A DNA stretch of 64,000 nt from a virus, in the IMG/VR virus record IMGVR_UViG_3300027754_005987, positions 1-64,000 of that record. One strand, 5' to 3'. The notes under the pieces are model-generated. The model had not been told where the DNA came from. It worked only from the letters and a program-made list of their open reading frames with translations, and made no database searches. Positions 46,566-57,310 of the stretch are shown here, one piece after another. The position numbers and the translations under genes are program-made. How positions within the stretch are numbered: the first letter of the stretch is position 1; each line of letters starts with the position of its first letter.

Positions 46566-48239
46566 TTGAAGCTAGCTGCTGCACAACCTGCGGCAGCTCC
46601 AGCTCCAGCTGAACCAGCTGAACCAATGGCTGATGACGAGTTAGATTTTGGTGGTGAAATGGAAACATCATCTGATGAAAAACCAGCAAGCGATAAACCG
46701 TTTGATGATACACCATTTAATGCTGGTGTAGAAGCCGATGAAGATACAGACCCAAAAAAATTCATCGAACAACTAACTGGAAAGTTAGGACAATCCCTAA
46801 GAAAATATACAGAAGAACAAGGACAACCAGATTTCGAATTAGAAAAATTCGCAATTAATTCTTTAATATCAGCAACTCATACATCTGAAATGGATGCGGA
46901 AGATAGAAAAGATATAATAAAAAAAGTTAATACAGCTGGAAGTAAAAATGATAGCGATAAAGAAGATACTACAAATGATAGTAACCCTGATGATGGTGCT
47001 GATAACAATAGTGCTGATGAGTTTGGTGGTGACATGGGTGGTGATAACTCTGCTGGTGAAGAAGATTTGGAAGAAACAGTATTTGAAAATTACTTCTTAG
47101 ATAAGCCTAAGAAAAACAATATGTTTCAAGAAGGTTCTAATGATATTTTAGACGAAGAAGGTTTGTGGGATAATATTCGTAAAAAAAGAGCTAGAGGTGA
47201 AGCGCCAGCAAAACCAGGTGATGAAGATTATCCAGATAAAAAACAATGGAATCGTCTAACTAAAGAAGCAGATGGAGAATCAAACAATTATATGTTCTGG
47301 CAAAATCTTAAAGGAATTTATGATGATGCAACTGAAATCTTGGGTATGAACCAACAAGAGGTTGATGCATTGATTGCTGATGGTCATCAATGGGCTTTAG
47401 AACACGTTATCACATCAAAAGATGATGTCGAAGAAGTTTATCATTTTGTTGAAGCTACTATCGAAGGTGCTGAAATGAATGAAGGTGAGCACGAATCAAA
47501 CAATTATATGTTTTGGTCAAGTTTAAAAACCATTCAACACGCATCTAAAGAATTATTAGAAATGGATTATGATAGTGTTGATGCTTTATTAAGTGATGGT
47601 CATGGATGGGCTTTAGACCATATAGCAACAGCTGCTGATGATATGGAAGAAGTATATCACTTCTTAGCAAATACATTAGACGCTTATGATGGTGATACTG
47701 AAGGTGGTTATGAAGATGAACATGGTTCAGTTGAAAATGTTGGTTTAAATGAAGCTGAATACCATGGTAAAAAAGTTAAATTAGGAAAACCAACAAAAGG
47801 TGATGTTAAAAAATTCAAAGTTTACGTTAAAAATAAAAAAGGTAAAGTTGTAAAAGTTAATTTTGGCGACCCTAATATGGAAATAAAAAGGGATAATCCA
47901 AAAAGAAGAAAATCATTTAGAGCTAGACATAAATGTGCACAGGCTAAAGATAGAACAACGCCTAAATATTGGTCTTGTAAAATGTGGTCAACAAAACCAG
48001 TTTCTAAAATTGTTGGTGAAAATTTGGATGAGATTGAAAAAACTAGTATATTTGATAAAAATTATTTGAAGTATAAACTTCAAGAAACATTTAATCAAGA
48101 AGATATTATGGATAAACCAATGATTCAACCAGAAGTAAAACCAGCACCAGACAAAGTGCAACCTATTGCGCCAAGTAGAAAAAATAAACCATTTTTACCT
48201 ACACCTAGTGTTAAACCAGACCCAAAAGCTAGTAAATAA
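46566..48239 (+). CDS. acidic head-module protein (part 2) with internal duplication and basic ARHKC/YWSC domain
   Basis: TTG start only; two ESNNYMFW...DGH.WA..H...DD.EEVYHF repeats; EAEYHGKKVKL...FGDPNM...FRARHKC...KYWSCKMW. Confidence 0.8.
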   Translation: MKLAAAQPAAAPAPAEPAEPMADDELDFGGEMETSSDEKPASDKPFDDTPFNAGVEADEDTDPKKFIEQLTGKLGQSLRKYTEEQGQPDFELEKFAINSLISATHTSEMDAEDRKDIIKKVNTAGSKNDSDKEDTTNDSNPDDGADNNSADEFGGDMGGDNSAGEEDLEETVFENYFLDKPKKNNMFQEGSNDILDEEGLWDNIRKKRARGEAPAKPGDEDYPDKKQWNRLTKEADGESNNYMFWQNLKGIYDDATEILGMNQQEVDALIADGHQWALEHVITSKDDVEEVYHFVEATIEGAEMNEGEHESNNYMFWSSLKTIQHASKELLEMDYDSVDALLSDGHGWALDHIATAADDMEEVYHFLANTLDAYDGDTEGGYEDEHGSVENVGLNEAEYHGKKVKLGKPTKGDVKKFKVYVKNKKGKVVKVNFGDPNMEIKRDNPKRRKSFRARHKCAQAKDRTTPKYWSCKMWSTKPVSKIVGENLDEIEKTSIFDKNYLKYKLQETFNQEDIMDKPMIQPEVKPAPDKVQPIAPSRKNKPFLPTPSVKPDPKASK

Positions 48240-48649
48240 TGAAAGACCTTTTTTTAATATATGTTAATATGGTTGGTAAAGATTACAAAGGTAATCTTAT
48301 ATATGAATTTATATTTTCAGACACAACCAAAAATATAGATGGTAATGAGTGGGATACATTCCCTGCTTCTGGGAGACCAGAAGCTCCTCATGACCATTTT
48401 ATTAAAAAGGTTGGTAGATTAGAATCTGAACTTAATTTGGATGTTGTTCAAAATAGCGATACATTTGCTGTTTGGGATGCTGTTGATGGGGTTATAGCTT
48501 TAGCATGGGAAAATATAAATGCTTATGATTCTTATCCAGAAAAAAGACTTTGTTTTAAATTTGGTGAACCAATAAAAGAAGTTGAAGCCAAATTATATGA
48601 GAATGACATAATATTGAATTACAATACGAAACAAAATGAAAAAATCTAA
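48239..48649 (+). CDS. conserved hypothetical protein
   Basis: YEFIFS...DAVDGVIALAWE...F.FGE. Confidence 0.8.
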   Translation: MKDLFLIYVNMVGKDYKGNLIYEFIFSDTTKNIDGNEWDTFPASGRPEAPHDHFIKKVGRLESELNLDVVQNSDTFAVWDAVDGVIALAWENINAYDSYPEKRLCFKFGEPIKEVEAKLYENDIILNYNTKQNEKI

Positions 48650-49673
48650 TATAAACGAAGAAGATAAATCAAAATTTAGAATACATGTTGATGCTAAAAC
48701 ATTAAAAAACCCAACAATGACTAAAAAAATGGCTGATATTCAGAATGCAAATCCATATATTGAATTTGATATGGAGCCAACTAAAGATGGTAATATACCA
48801 ACAATGGAAGATTTGGCCGAAGATAATTCAGTTTTAGAACCAGAAGCACTTATAACGCCTCAAGATAAAACCACAATAAAATATCTTTCTAATGTAAAAG
48901 ATAGTAAAACTGGTGAGATTTCACAACCATTTACTATTGGTGCTCAAAAATACCAAATGGTTAGAGGAACATGTGATAATCAAATTGTTATGGCTGTTTT
49001 TGCACATGATGAAACTGATGAACTTGGTGAAAACATTATATATTCAATTGATGAATTTGAAAAAAATATTGCATTGCCAATGCTAGAAACTATGGGGTTA
49101 AGAGGTCAAGATATTGGTATGGTTGGAGATGAGCCAATGACAGACGTTAAGGATGACACGTACGAAGGTTATAAGCACTATCTAGTGAACAAAGAAACAA
49201 ATGAAGTACGTAAGTTTAAAACAATAGAAGAAATGCTTTCTAGTGATAAATTAGACACTGAAGAATATATGGGTGTTGGTAAGTTTAAAAAACACATGAA
49301 TGAAAAGTTATTTGGTTCTAAAAAAAGAAATATTGAACCATTAAACGAAGTTACACCTACTGGTGAAGAGAGCGATGAAGAAATGAACATCAAAGCTAAA
49401 AAATTAATGGATATGATTGGTAAAAGAATACCAACTAACATAATAAAAACAATAACAACACCAGTAGCACAAAGAGAAGTAATTGCAGCATTTGCTGAAC
49501 TTATTGGTGTTCCTAGAAATGGTTTAAATAAATTAATTATGGGGTTAAAAGTTTTGGCAAAACAAGAAACAACTCCAGTAGCTGAATCTAAGGTAATGAC
49601 CAAGAATGAATTAATGGAAAGTCTTAAAAAACATAAAATCATTAAAACAATCAAAATAAAAGATATTAAATAA
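48636..49673 (+). CDS. hypothetical head-module protein
   Basis: 345-aa ORF overlapping neighbours within the late operon. Confidence 0.8.
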   Translation: MKKSNINEEDKSKFRIHVDAKTLKNPTMTKKMADIQNANPYIEFDMEPTKDGNIPTMEDLAEDNSVLEPEALITPQDKTTIKYLSNVKDSKTGEISQPFTIGAQKYQMVRGTCDNQIVMAVFAHDETDELGENIIYSIDEFEKNIALPMLETMGLRGQDIGMVGDEPMTDVKDDTYEGYKHYLVNKETNEVRKFKTIEEMLSSDKLDTEEYMGVGKFKKHMNEKLFGSKKRNIEPLNEVTPTGEESDEEMNIKAKKLMDMIGKRIPTNIIKTITTPVAQREVIAAFAELIGVPRNGLNKLIMGLKVLAKQETTPVAESKVMTKNELMESLKKHKIIKTIKIKDIK

Positions 49674-50944
49674 TGAAAGACTATAAAAAAATAGCTGAAG
49701 AAGCATTAAAAAAATCTAAAGAAGGTAAAACAATAAAACGTTTAGTTGAAAGTGTTGTTTACCCAGATGGTTTAACTGAAAGAATGAATTCTAAACTAGA
49801 AGAAGATTTAGTTAAACAAAATACGTCTTTAGGTAAGCATCCAATATTTCCAGAAGGTGATGAGTCATCTTTTGAACAAAAAATAATGGGTGAAAGATTT
49901 AGCGAAGTTGCTAAACGTTATAAAAGAGCTTATGATGTTGATTTAATTGATAATTCTGAAGTTATGATGGGTATGTTACCATTACTTTCAGAAACGATGA
50001 AGTTAGAGTCTAATAAGAAAAAAGAATTGGAGAAATTAGCTATTGAAATGATTCGAGAAGAATATGATATGGGTGAAGATGTTGTTGAAATACATGCTGA
50101 ATTAACATCTAACATCAATATGGTTGGAACTAAAAAGAATCCAACGCCAGTTCCAGTTGTTATGGAATTCAAAAATCATGATGAAATGGTTAATGCTAAT
50201 GAAGAAGTATACAAACGTAGATTCTTAAATGCAATGATGCAAGGTGCCGCTAAAAAATGCAATCACATGTTTCATATGGTTGATGATGAATTAACTGACA
50301 TTGACCCTCGTTTATCTAGTAGATATGCTAAGTTGATGGCATCTGCTGATTACATGTATTATATAATACCTGAAATGGAAGATGGTGTTACTGGTGGAAT
50401 TGTTAGAGTAGAGTTTCCTACTAAAGATAACCCTAAAGCAATAATATATGTTCAAGCAATGGTTTTTCCAGTTCTTATTCATGAATTGGTTAAAGGAGTT
50501 ATGGAATTATTATCAGCACATGGTTTACCTAAAAATAAAAAAATAGGTAATTTTGTAATTGATAAAGCAGATTATTTGGCTGCTGAACCATGGGACATGA
50601 GAATTGGGCCTGCTTTATGGAGTAAATTCACAGATGCAATAGAACCAGATGATTTCAAATTAAAACACCACGTATATTCTGAACTAGCGGCTTTACCAGT
50701 TAGAGAATTTAATATTAAGATGAGAGAGATTATGGGTGGGACAAAAGAAGGTAAAAATATAGTTAAAAATATATTAGATGAAGTTAAAATAGGTTTAAAG
50801 GAAGAAGAGTTTAACGAATCAATTAATGAGTACAATGATATACCTGATGATGATGGTTTTAAGTTTGATGAACTTATGAATGGTGATGATTCTGGTAAAA
50901 ATTTGGATGATGAAGACGGATGGGATATTGAAGATTTGTTTTAA
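49673..50944 (+). CDS. conserved head-module protein (HELVKG, zincin-like)
   Basis: KRR..NA..QGAAK, FPVLIHELVKG..E, E.WD.RIGP. Confidence 0.75.
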   Translation: MKDYKKIAEEALKKSKEGKTIKRLVESVVYPDGLTERMNSKLEEDLVKQNTSLGKHPIFPEGDESSFEQKIMGERFSEVAKRYKRAYDVDLIDNSEVMMGMLPLLSETMKLESNKKKELEKLAIEMIREEYDMGEDVVEIHAELTSNINMVGTKKNPTPVPVVMEFKNHDEMVNANEEVYKRRFLNAMMQGAAKKCNHMFHMVDDELTDIDPRLSSRYAKLMASADYMYYIIPEMEDGVTGGIVRVEFPTKDNPKAIIYVQAMVFPVLIHELVKGVMELLSAHGLPKNKKIGNFVIDKADYLAAEPWDMRIGPALWSKFTDAIEPDDFKLKHHVYSELAALPVREFNIKMREIMGGTKEGKNIVKNILDEVKIGLKEEEFNESINEYNDIPDDDGFKFDELMNGDDSGKNLDDEDGWDIEDLF

Positions 50945-51045
50945 AGACACACATAACATAATAGATTTAAGGACCCTTTTGGGTCCTTTGTCATTTATAA
51001 TAAACGTTTTCTATGTTTCTAGTATATTTATAGTTAAAAAATAAT

Positions 51046-53493
51046 ATGTTAACAACCAATGAAATATTCAAAGAGTATGCAAAATGTTTAACAAGTCCAG
51101 TTTATGCAATTGAGGCTTATCTAGAGACATTTGATAAAACTCAAGAAGGGTTTGTTCCATTTAAGCTTTTTCCTAGACAAAAAGAAATTATTTACGCATA
51201 CGAAAAACATAGATTTAATTTAATTACTAAACCTAGACAGGCTGGGGTATCAACAACAACAGCTGCATATATGTCAATAAAAGTTGGTTTTGCTGACGAA
51301 CAAAATCCAGAAGCTATTCTAATTATTGCGAATAAGCAAGAGTTAGCTTTTGAGTTTTTGGCTAAGATTAAAGATTTTTTATCACAATTACCTAGATGGG
51401 TTTGGGGTGATGAGTATTATGGTAATAGTAAGAATGAAAGTAAATCTATATTCTTAACAGACTCTAAAAAAGAAATTAAACTACCTAATGGTAGTCGTGT
51501 AAAAGCGGTAGCTACATCTAAAGATGCCTTGCGTGGATTTACCCCAACTTATCTTGTAATGGATGAGGCTGCCTATATTGATAATGGTGATGAAGTATTT
51601 GGTGCGGCCCTTACAGCTTTAGGTTGTTTAACTAAAGACTCATTGATATTAACCGAAAATGGTTTAGTTGAGTTAGATGAATTGGTTACTGAAAAAGATA
51701 AATTAGGGTTTACTGATTTAGAAACACCACATATGGTTTGTAATAAAGACGGTATTTTAACACCAGCAACCCAAACATTTGTAAGTGAGTATGGTGAAAC
51801 TTTTAAAATAAAAACAAAATTAGGTATAGAGTTAGAGGGTAGTTGGAAACATCCATTATTAATTAATAGAAATGGTGAAGAAGTTTGGGTACGAATGAAT
51901 GAATTAGCTGTTGGTGATAAACCAATAATTAATTATGGTCAAAATTATTTTGGTGAAAATGATTACGTGATTAATGATAATGATTATATTTATACGTCAA
52001 ACGAATTATTAAAAGCAAAAAAAGAAATTTTAATTGATTATATTGGAAAATTATTTTTTGGTCGTGATTATTTTATTAACACAAATAAGAACACCTTAAG
52101 AAGGGTCCAATCTTTATTATTTAATATGGGTATTATATCAATAATAGATGGGGATATGTTAGTTAAAATAACCTTTACTCACGATTTTAATAATATAATT
52201 ATTGATGAGATAATTGAAATAACTAAGGGGGAAGATTATACGTATGATTTACACGTACCAGAAACTAATTCATTCATATCAAATGGTATAGTTAGCCATA
52301 ATACTGGGGGTAAAGCTACGCTAATATCAACTCCAAGGGGTATGGATGCGTTATATTACAAAACTTACGACCAAGCAAAGAGCAAAAAAAATAACTTCAA
52401 TATCATTGAAATGAAATGGTATGAGGATTTGCGTTATAATAAAGGCCTTAAATGGCTTAAAGGTGACCAAGTTTTTGAAGAATACGAATTTACCTTTGAT
52501 TCATATAATAAAATGATTGATGATGGATGGAAACCAACATCATTTTGGTATGAGGAAATGTGTAGAGGTATGAACAATGATGCTAAAATGATAGCACAAG
52601 AGTTAGACGTTTCATTCATAGGTTCTGGTGGTAACGTTATTAGTGAAGAATATATTGATAATCAAAATAAGTTTAATGTAAAAGACCCAATAATGATGTT
52701 AGGGTCAGAACAAGAAACATGGATATGGGAAGAACCAAAAGAAGGTCATCAATACATACTCGGATGCGATGTATCTAGGGGTGATGGTGAGGATGCTTCT
52801 ACTATTGTTATTTTAGATTTCACTACTATGGAACAAGTTTTGGAATATCAAGGTAAAATACAACCAGATTTACTTGCGCAATTAGTTGAACAATATGGTG
52901 AAATGTATAAAGCATATGCAGTAGTCGATATTACTGGTGGTATGGGTGTTTCTACAGTATTAAAACTACTTGAATTTGATTATAAGCGATTGCATTATGA
53001 TTCTTTAGGTGGTAAAGTATTATCAACTAGACAAAGAGAAATGGTTTCTTATGGCAAAGGAGATAAAATACCTGGTTTTCAAGCAACAAATGTTCGTTTA
53101 CCAATGATTTCAAATTTGGAATATAGTATTAGAACAGATACTGTTAAAATACGTTCCAGACGACTTACATCGGAATTAAAGACATTTATATATAAAAATG
53201 GAAGACCAGACCACATGGATGGTTATCATGACGATTTAATTATGTCTTTGGCAATGTGTTTATGGGTTTTGGAACATTCTTTTAAAAACCTAGAAAAGTT
53301 AGAAAAACAAACAAAAGCAATATTAAATAGCTGGGCTGTTGGTTCTAGTAATAGACCAACTATCACAACTACAGATAGCAACACAAAAAAAACAATAACA
53401 ACGGTAAACCAAAAACACCCTGCATATAAAAATGTTCAAGACCCTACTGGTCAGTATGCGTGGTTATTTAGTGGTCAAAATAAAATGAAATAA
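51046..53493 (+). CDS. terL: terminase large subunit (T4 gp17-like) with intein
   Basis: KPRQAGVST, LRG...LVMDEAAY, ISTPRG, LGCDVSRGDG.D, HDDLIMSLA. Confidence 0.93.
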   Translation: MLTTNEIFKEYAKCLTSPVYAIEAYLETFDKTQEGFVPFKLFPRQKEIIYAYEKHRFNLITKPRQAGVSTTTAAYMSIKVGFADEQNPEAILIIANKQELAFEFLAKIKDFLSQLPRWVWGDEYYGNSKNESKSIFLTDSKKEIKLPNGSRVKAVATSKDALRGFTPTYLVMDEAAYIDNGDEVFGAALTALGCLTKDSLILTENGLVELDELVTEKDKLGFTDLETPHMVCNKDGILTPATQTFVSEYGETFKIKTKLGIELEGSWKHPLLINRNGEEVWVRMNELAVGDKPIINYGQNYFGENDYVINDNDYIYTSNELLKAKKEILIDYIGKLFFGRDYFINTNKNTLRRVQSLLFNMGIISIIDGDMLVKITFTHDFNNIIIDEIIEITKGEDYTYDLHVPETNSFISNGIVSHNTGGKATLISTPRGMDALYYKTYDQAKSKKNNFNIIEMKWYEDLRYNKGLKWLKGDQVFEEYEFTFDSYNKMIDDGWKPTSFWYEEMCRGMNNDAKMIAQELDVSFIGSGGNVISEEYIDNQNKFNVKDPIMMLGSEQETWIWEEPKEGHQYILGCDVSRGDGEDASTIVILDFTTMEQVLEYQGKIQPDLLAQLVEQYGEMYKAYAVVDITGGMGVSTVLKLLEFDYKRLHYDSLGGKVLSTRQREMVSYGKGDKIPGFQATNVRLPMISNLEYSIRTDTVKIRSRRLTSELKTFIYKNGRPDHMDGYHDDLIMSLAMCLWVLEHSFKNLEKLEKQTKAILNSWAVGSSNRPTITTTDSNTKKTITTVNQKHPAYKNVQDPTGQYAWLFSGQNKMK
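51625..52302 (+). mobile_element. intein (226 aa) with degenerate endonuclease region in TerL
   Basis: ALG|CLTKDS...GSWKHPL...TYDLHV...FISNGIVSHN|T; no intact LAGLIDADG pair. Confidence 0.88.
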
Positions 53494-53494
53494 A

Positions 53495-53740
53495 ATGGGA
53501 ATAAGTAAAAAAATTTTAATTCAAGCTAAACCTATTAACGATGTTGTATTTTTTTGGTCACCACCAAAAAACAATTTTGGACCAAATAAAAATATAAAAA
53601 AATATGTAAAACCATATTTTTGTAACGCAACAAAATATTCTCAGGGTCAAGATTGGATAACAACATATGTATATGATAGAGTAATTGTTGATGGTGAGCA
53701 ACAACATTCGGCTTATGTTGAATGCGATTATGTTCAATAA
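53495..53740 (+). CDS. hypothetical protein
   Basis: 81-aa ORF between terL and portal. Confidence 0.65.
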   Translation: MGISKKILIQAKPINDVVFFWSPPKNNFGPNKNIKKYVKPYFCNATKYSQGQDWITTYVYDRVIVDGEQQHSAYVECDYVQ

Positions 53741-53785
53741 CTATTTAATTTCTAAAAAAATAGAACTATATTTAAATAAAAAATT

Positions 53786-55831
53786 ATGGCAGATAATAAA
53801 AATCTAACAATATTTCAGAAACTAGGGCAAGTATTAAATCCTAGTAACGTTAAACAATCACAAACAACATCAACTCAACGTTATAATATAGGTAATGGTG
53901 AATTACTTAAAACAGATAACAAAGCTGATTTTGAGAGAGCTAAACTACAGGCTCAACAAAATAAATATTTGGGTCAAGTATGGAAAAAGGTAGAGAGTGG
54001 ATTGTTTCAACAATCAATTAATTATGAAACAACTCGTATTGGTTCTTATTCCGATTTTGAAGCTATGGAGTTTTATCCAACAATAGCAGCAGCATTAGAT
54101 ATTATGATGGAAGAGTCTACAACGCTTAATCAGCATGGTAGAATGCTTAATGTTTATTCTGATAGTAATAGAGTTAAAACTATATTAGAAGATTTATTTT
54201 TTAACAGGTTAGATTTACACACTTCATTACCAATGTTTACTAGAAACACTTGCAAATATGGTGATAATTTTGTTTATCTAAATATTGATGATAAAAATGG
54301 AATAATTAGTGCTAAGCAATTACCTAATTACGAAATGGAAAGAAGAGAAACTGGATTATTTGATATGGTATCTGGAAGAGAAACACCAAATACATTGGAG
54401 AAAAGTTCATCAACAGATAAAGTTAAGTTTTTTTGGAGAGGTCGTGATGTTGAATTTAATTCATGGCAAATTGCTCACTTCCGTTTATTAGGTGATGATA
54501 GACGTTTACCTTACGGTACATCTGTTTTAGAGAAGTCTAGACGTGTTTGGAAACAATTAATACTATCTGAGGATTCAATGCTTGTTTATCGTGTGACTAG
54601 AGCACCAGAAAGACGTGTATATAAAATCTATGTCGGTAACATTGATGATGCTGATGTTGAACAATACGTAAATACAATTGCTGACAGATTTAAAAGGATG
54701 CCAATAACTGACCCACAAACTGGTCAAATGGACCTTAGATATAATCAATTATCTAATGACCAAGATTATTTCATACCAGTTCGTTCTGAAAATGCGCCAA
54801 CACCAATTGATACATTGCCTGGAGCAACTAACTTGGACCAAATTGCTGATATAGAATACTTACAAAAGAATTTATTCACATCACTTAGAGTACCAAAACC
54901 ATTTTTAGGTTTTGAAGAGGCTGCTGGTGATGGTAAAAATTTAGCTTTACAAGATATTCGTTTTTCTAGAACGATTAATAGAATACAACAATCTATGTTA
55001 CAAGAACTTAATAAGATTGCTATTATTCATTTATATATCTTAGGGTTTGAAGAGGATTTAGATAATTTTACACTTACATTAAATAACCCATCAACTCAAG
55101 CTGAAATGCTTAAGGTTGAACATACTCAACTTAAAGTTACTTTATATAAAGATGCTGTATCTGATGCTGGAAATGGTTTTGGTACTATGTCTATGACAAG
55201 AGCACATAGAGAGATTCTAGGATGGTCTGATGATGAAATTAAGAAAGATTTACTAGAACAAAGAATGGAGAAAGCAGCAGCTGCTGAATTAGCTAATTCT
55301 AGTGCAGTAATAAAACATACTGGTATGTTTGATGTTGTAGATAAAATATATGGCGATTATCAGAAAGCGCTTGAAGGTGGTGGAGCTGGTGAAGAAGGTG
55401 CTGGTGGAGAATCCTCTAGTTCTGGAGGTGGCGGTGGCGGCCTAGGTGGCTCATTCGGTGGCGGTGGAGTAAGTGGTGAAGATTTAGATTTTGGTGGTGA
55501 GACAGGTGCTGAAGAAGAAGGTGGTGCAACAGCTGAAGCAGGTGCAGAAGCAGGTGCAGCTGAAGTAGGTGCTGAAGCAGGTAGTACTGAAGGGTTAGCA
55601 GAATCTATAATGAAAACTGAAAAATTATTGATAGAAAGAAAAGACGCAATATCTAAAAAATTGGATGCTAGAACAAAAAAATACCAAGGAAGATTTGTTA
55701 CTCTTGTTGAGTCAATAAAACCAGATGAAAAAATAAAAGAAGAAAAAGTTAAAATTTACGATAAAAACATAAAAGTAAATCAAAATATCAATACAATGAT
55801 TGATGATATTAATAAAATGTTAGATGAATAG
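53786..55831 (+). CDS. portal protein (T4 gp20-like)
   Basis: EDSMLVYRVTRAPERRVY...GN, DYFIPVR, IDTLPG, DIEYLQ..LF.SLRVP, DIRF; Gly/Glu-rich tail. Confidence 0.92.
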   Translation: MADNKNLTIFQKLGQVLNPSNVKQSQTTSTQRYNIGNGELLKTDNKADFERAKLQAQQNKYLGQVWKKVESGLFQQSINYETTRIGSYSDFEAMEFYPTIAAALDIMMEESTTLNQHGRMLNVYSDSNRVKTILEDLFFNRLDLHTSLPMFTRNTCKYGDNFVYLNIDDKNGIISAKQLPNYEMERRETGLFDMVSGRETPNTLEKSSSTDKVKFFWRGRDVEFNSWQIAHFRLLGDDRRLPYGTSVLEKSRRVWKQLILSEDSMLVYRVTRAPERRVYKIYVGNIDDADVEQYVNTIADRFKRMPITDPQTGQMDLRYNQLSNDQDYFIPVRSENAPTPIDTLPGATNLDQIADIEYLQKNLFTSLRVPKPFLGFEEAAGDGKNLALQDIRFSRTINRIQQSMLQELNKIAIIHLYILGFEEDLDNFTLTLNNPSTQAEMLKVEHTQLKVTLYKDAVSDAGNGFGTMSMTRAHREILGWSDDEIKKDLLEQRMEKAAAAELANSSAVIKHTGMFDVVDKIYGDYQKALEGGGAGEEGAGGESSSSGGGGGGLGGSFGGGGVSGEDLDFGGETGAEEEGGATAEAGAEAGAAEVGAEAGSTEGLAESIMKTEKLLIERKDAISKKLDARTKKYQGRFVTLVESIKPDEKIKEEKVKIYDKNIKVNQNINTMIDDINKMLDE

Positions 55832-55876
55832 TCACTTTTTTAAATAAGTAATGATATTTATAAATTAAAATAAAGT

Positions 55877-56668
55877 ATGAAGAATTTTGGTAAACTAAAA
55901 AACGTATTTAATGATTTAATTTCTGAGGGTATAGCAACTAAAGACGCTAAATCTATTGAGTTATTTAAAAAATACGTTAAGACAGTAAAAGAAAGTGAAA
56001 TATTAAAAACTCAATTTTTAGTAGTATCAAATATAGAAAATAAAATTGAGTCTAATAGAGAGAAAGCAACTCAATTTGTTAAAGAAAATATTGATTTATT
56101 TTCAAAATTTGATAAGAAAAAAATGATTGAGTTAAATGAAAATTTATCTAGTTTTATCACATCATCTAATAAAGGTGATTTATTAAAAGAAGATATTGAT
56201 TATAACCATAAAAATTTACATCAAAATATCTCTACACTTATATTCACAAAAAAAACACCAAACAATATAGATACGATTGTAGATGCAACTACTGAAGTTG
56301 TTGATTATATTTTAAACAACAAAACTAAAGAGATTGTAGAAGCATATGAGTTACCATCTAGTTTATTGGCTAATATAATGGTTGATAAATATAATGAAAG
56401 ATATGCTGATTTGGATGAATCTGAAAAAAGAATACTTAAAGTTCTTATTGAATCAACAGATGAAGAAAAAAAAGAATTATATTCATTAACAATAAGAGAG
56501 TGTATTGATTTGATAAATGAAAAACTATCTGATTCAGATTTAGAAGTAAAAGATAAACTTTTGCGAGTTAAAGATAAATTATTAAATGACAAGCAAAGTG
56601 TTATTGAAGATTTTAATAAAAATATATCTAAATTAATTGAACTGAAAGATAATTTAAAAAATAGTTAA
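55877..56668 (+). CDS. conserved head-module protein
   Basis: 263-aa helical ORF after late motif at 55854. Confidence 0.8.
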   Translation: MKNFGKLKNVFNDLISEGIATKDAKSIELFKKYVKTVKESEILKTQFLVVSNIENKIESNREKATQFVKENIDLFSKFDKKKMIELNENLSSFITSSNKGDLLKEDIDYNHKNLHQNISTLIFTKKTPNNIDTIVDATTEVVDYILNNKTKEIVEAYELPSSLLANIMVDKYNERYADLDESEKRILKVLIESTDEEKKELYSLTIRECIDLINEKLSDSDLEVKDKLLRVKDKLLNDKQSVIEDFNKNISKLIELKDNLKNS

Positions 56669-56677
56669 TTTTTAAAA

Positions 56678-56920
56678 ATGTTTGTTATGAAACCTGTTGC
56701 TAGCGAAAATTTAATTAAATTAAGAAAGTTAAACGAGAAACTTTGTTTTGATTATGTTGAATCGGAAGATTATAAAGAAATAGTTAAAGAAATAAAAGAA
56801 GCTATTGATTATGGTAAATCTGATATCGAAAATCTAGAAACATCTCAATCAAAAATTAAGTGTTATGAGGGCATGTGCTCAAAAATTACAACAATATTAA
56901 ATAAACTTAAACACATTTAA
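56678..56920 (+). CDS. hypothetical protein
   Basis: 80-aa ORF. Confidence 0.65.
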   Translation: MFVMKPVASENLIKLRKLNEKLCFDYVESEDYKEIVKEIKEAIDYGKSDIENLETSQSKIKCYEGMCSKITTILNKLKHI

Positions 56921-56922
56921 TC

Positions 56923-57258
56923 ATGGCTGATGACAGAAACACTTGGGGTGAATATAGTAATTTAGTTCTTAAAGAATTAGAACGTCTTAATGATAACTAC
57001 GATAAAATGAGGACGGATATGGACATTAGGTTTAATGAATTAAACCAAAAACTAACAGAAGTTAAAAGTGTAGAAAGTAGGGTTTTTTCACATACTACAT
57101 GGATTGAAAGAGTTAATGATGTATGGTCTCCAAATCAAATGAAAGAAGCCAAGGATGAGTTATATAAACAAAAAAATCGTTGGGTTGCTGCGATAGCTAT
57201 TGTAACGTTTGTTCAAATACTTGTTGGTGTAATTATTTCTATGTGGGGTAAGCTATAA
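56923..57258 (+). CDS. coiled-coil protein with C-terminal TM helix
   Basis: WGEYS.LVLKELERL...WVAAIAIVTFVQILVGVII. Confidence 0.7.
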   Translation: MADDRNTWGEYSNLVLKELERLNDNYDKMRTDMDIRFNELNQKLTEVKSVESRVFSHTTWIERVNDVWSPNQMKEAKDELYKQKNRWVAAIAIVTFVQILVGVIISMWGKL

Positions 57259-57310
57259 TAGCTACTTGACATATTAAAATATTTTCATTATACTTAAATA
57301 AAAACCAGGT

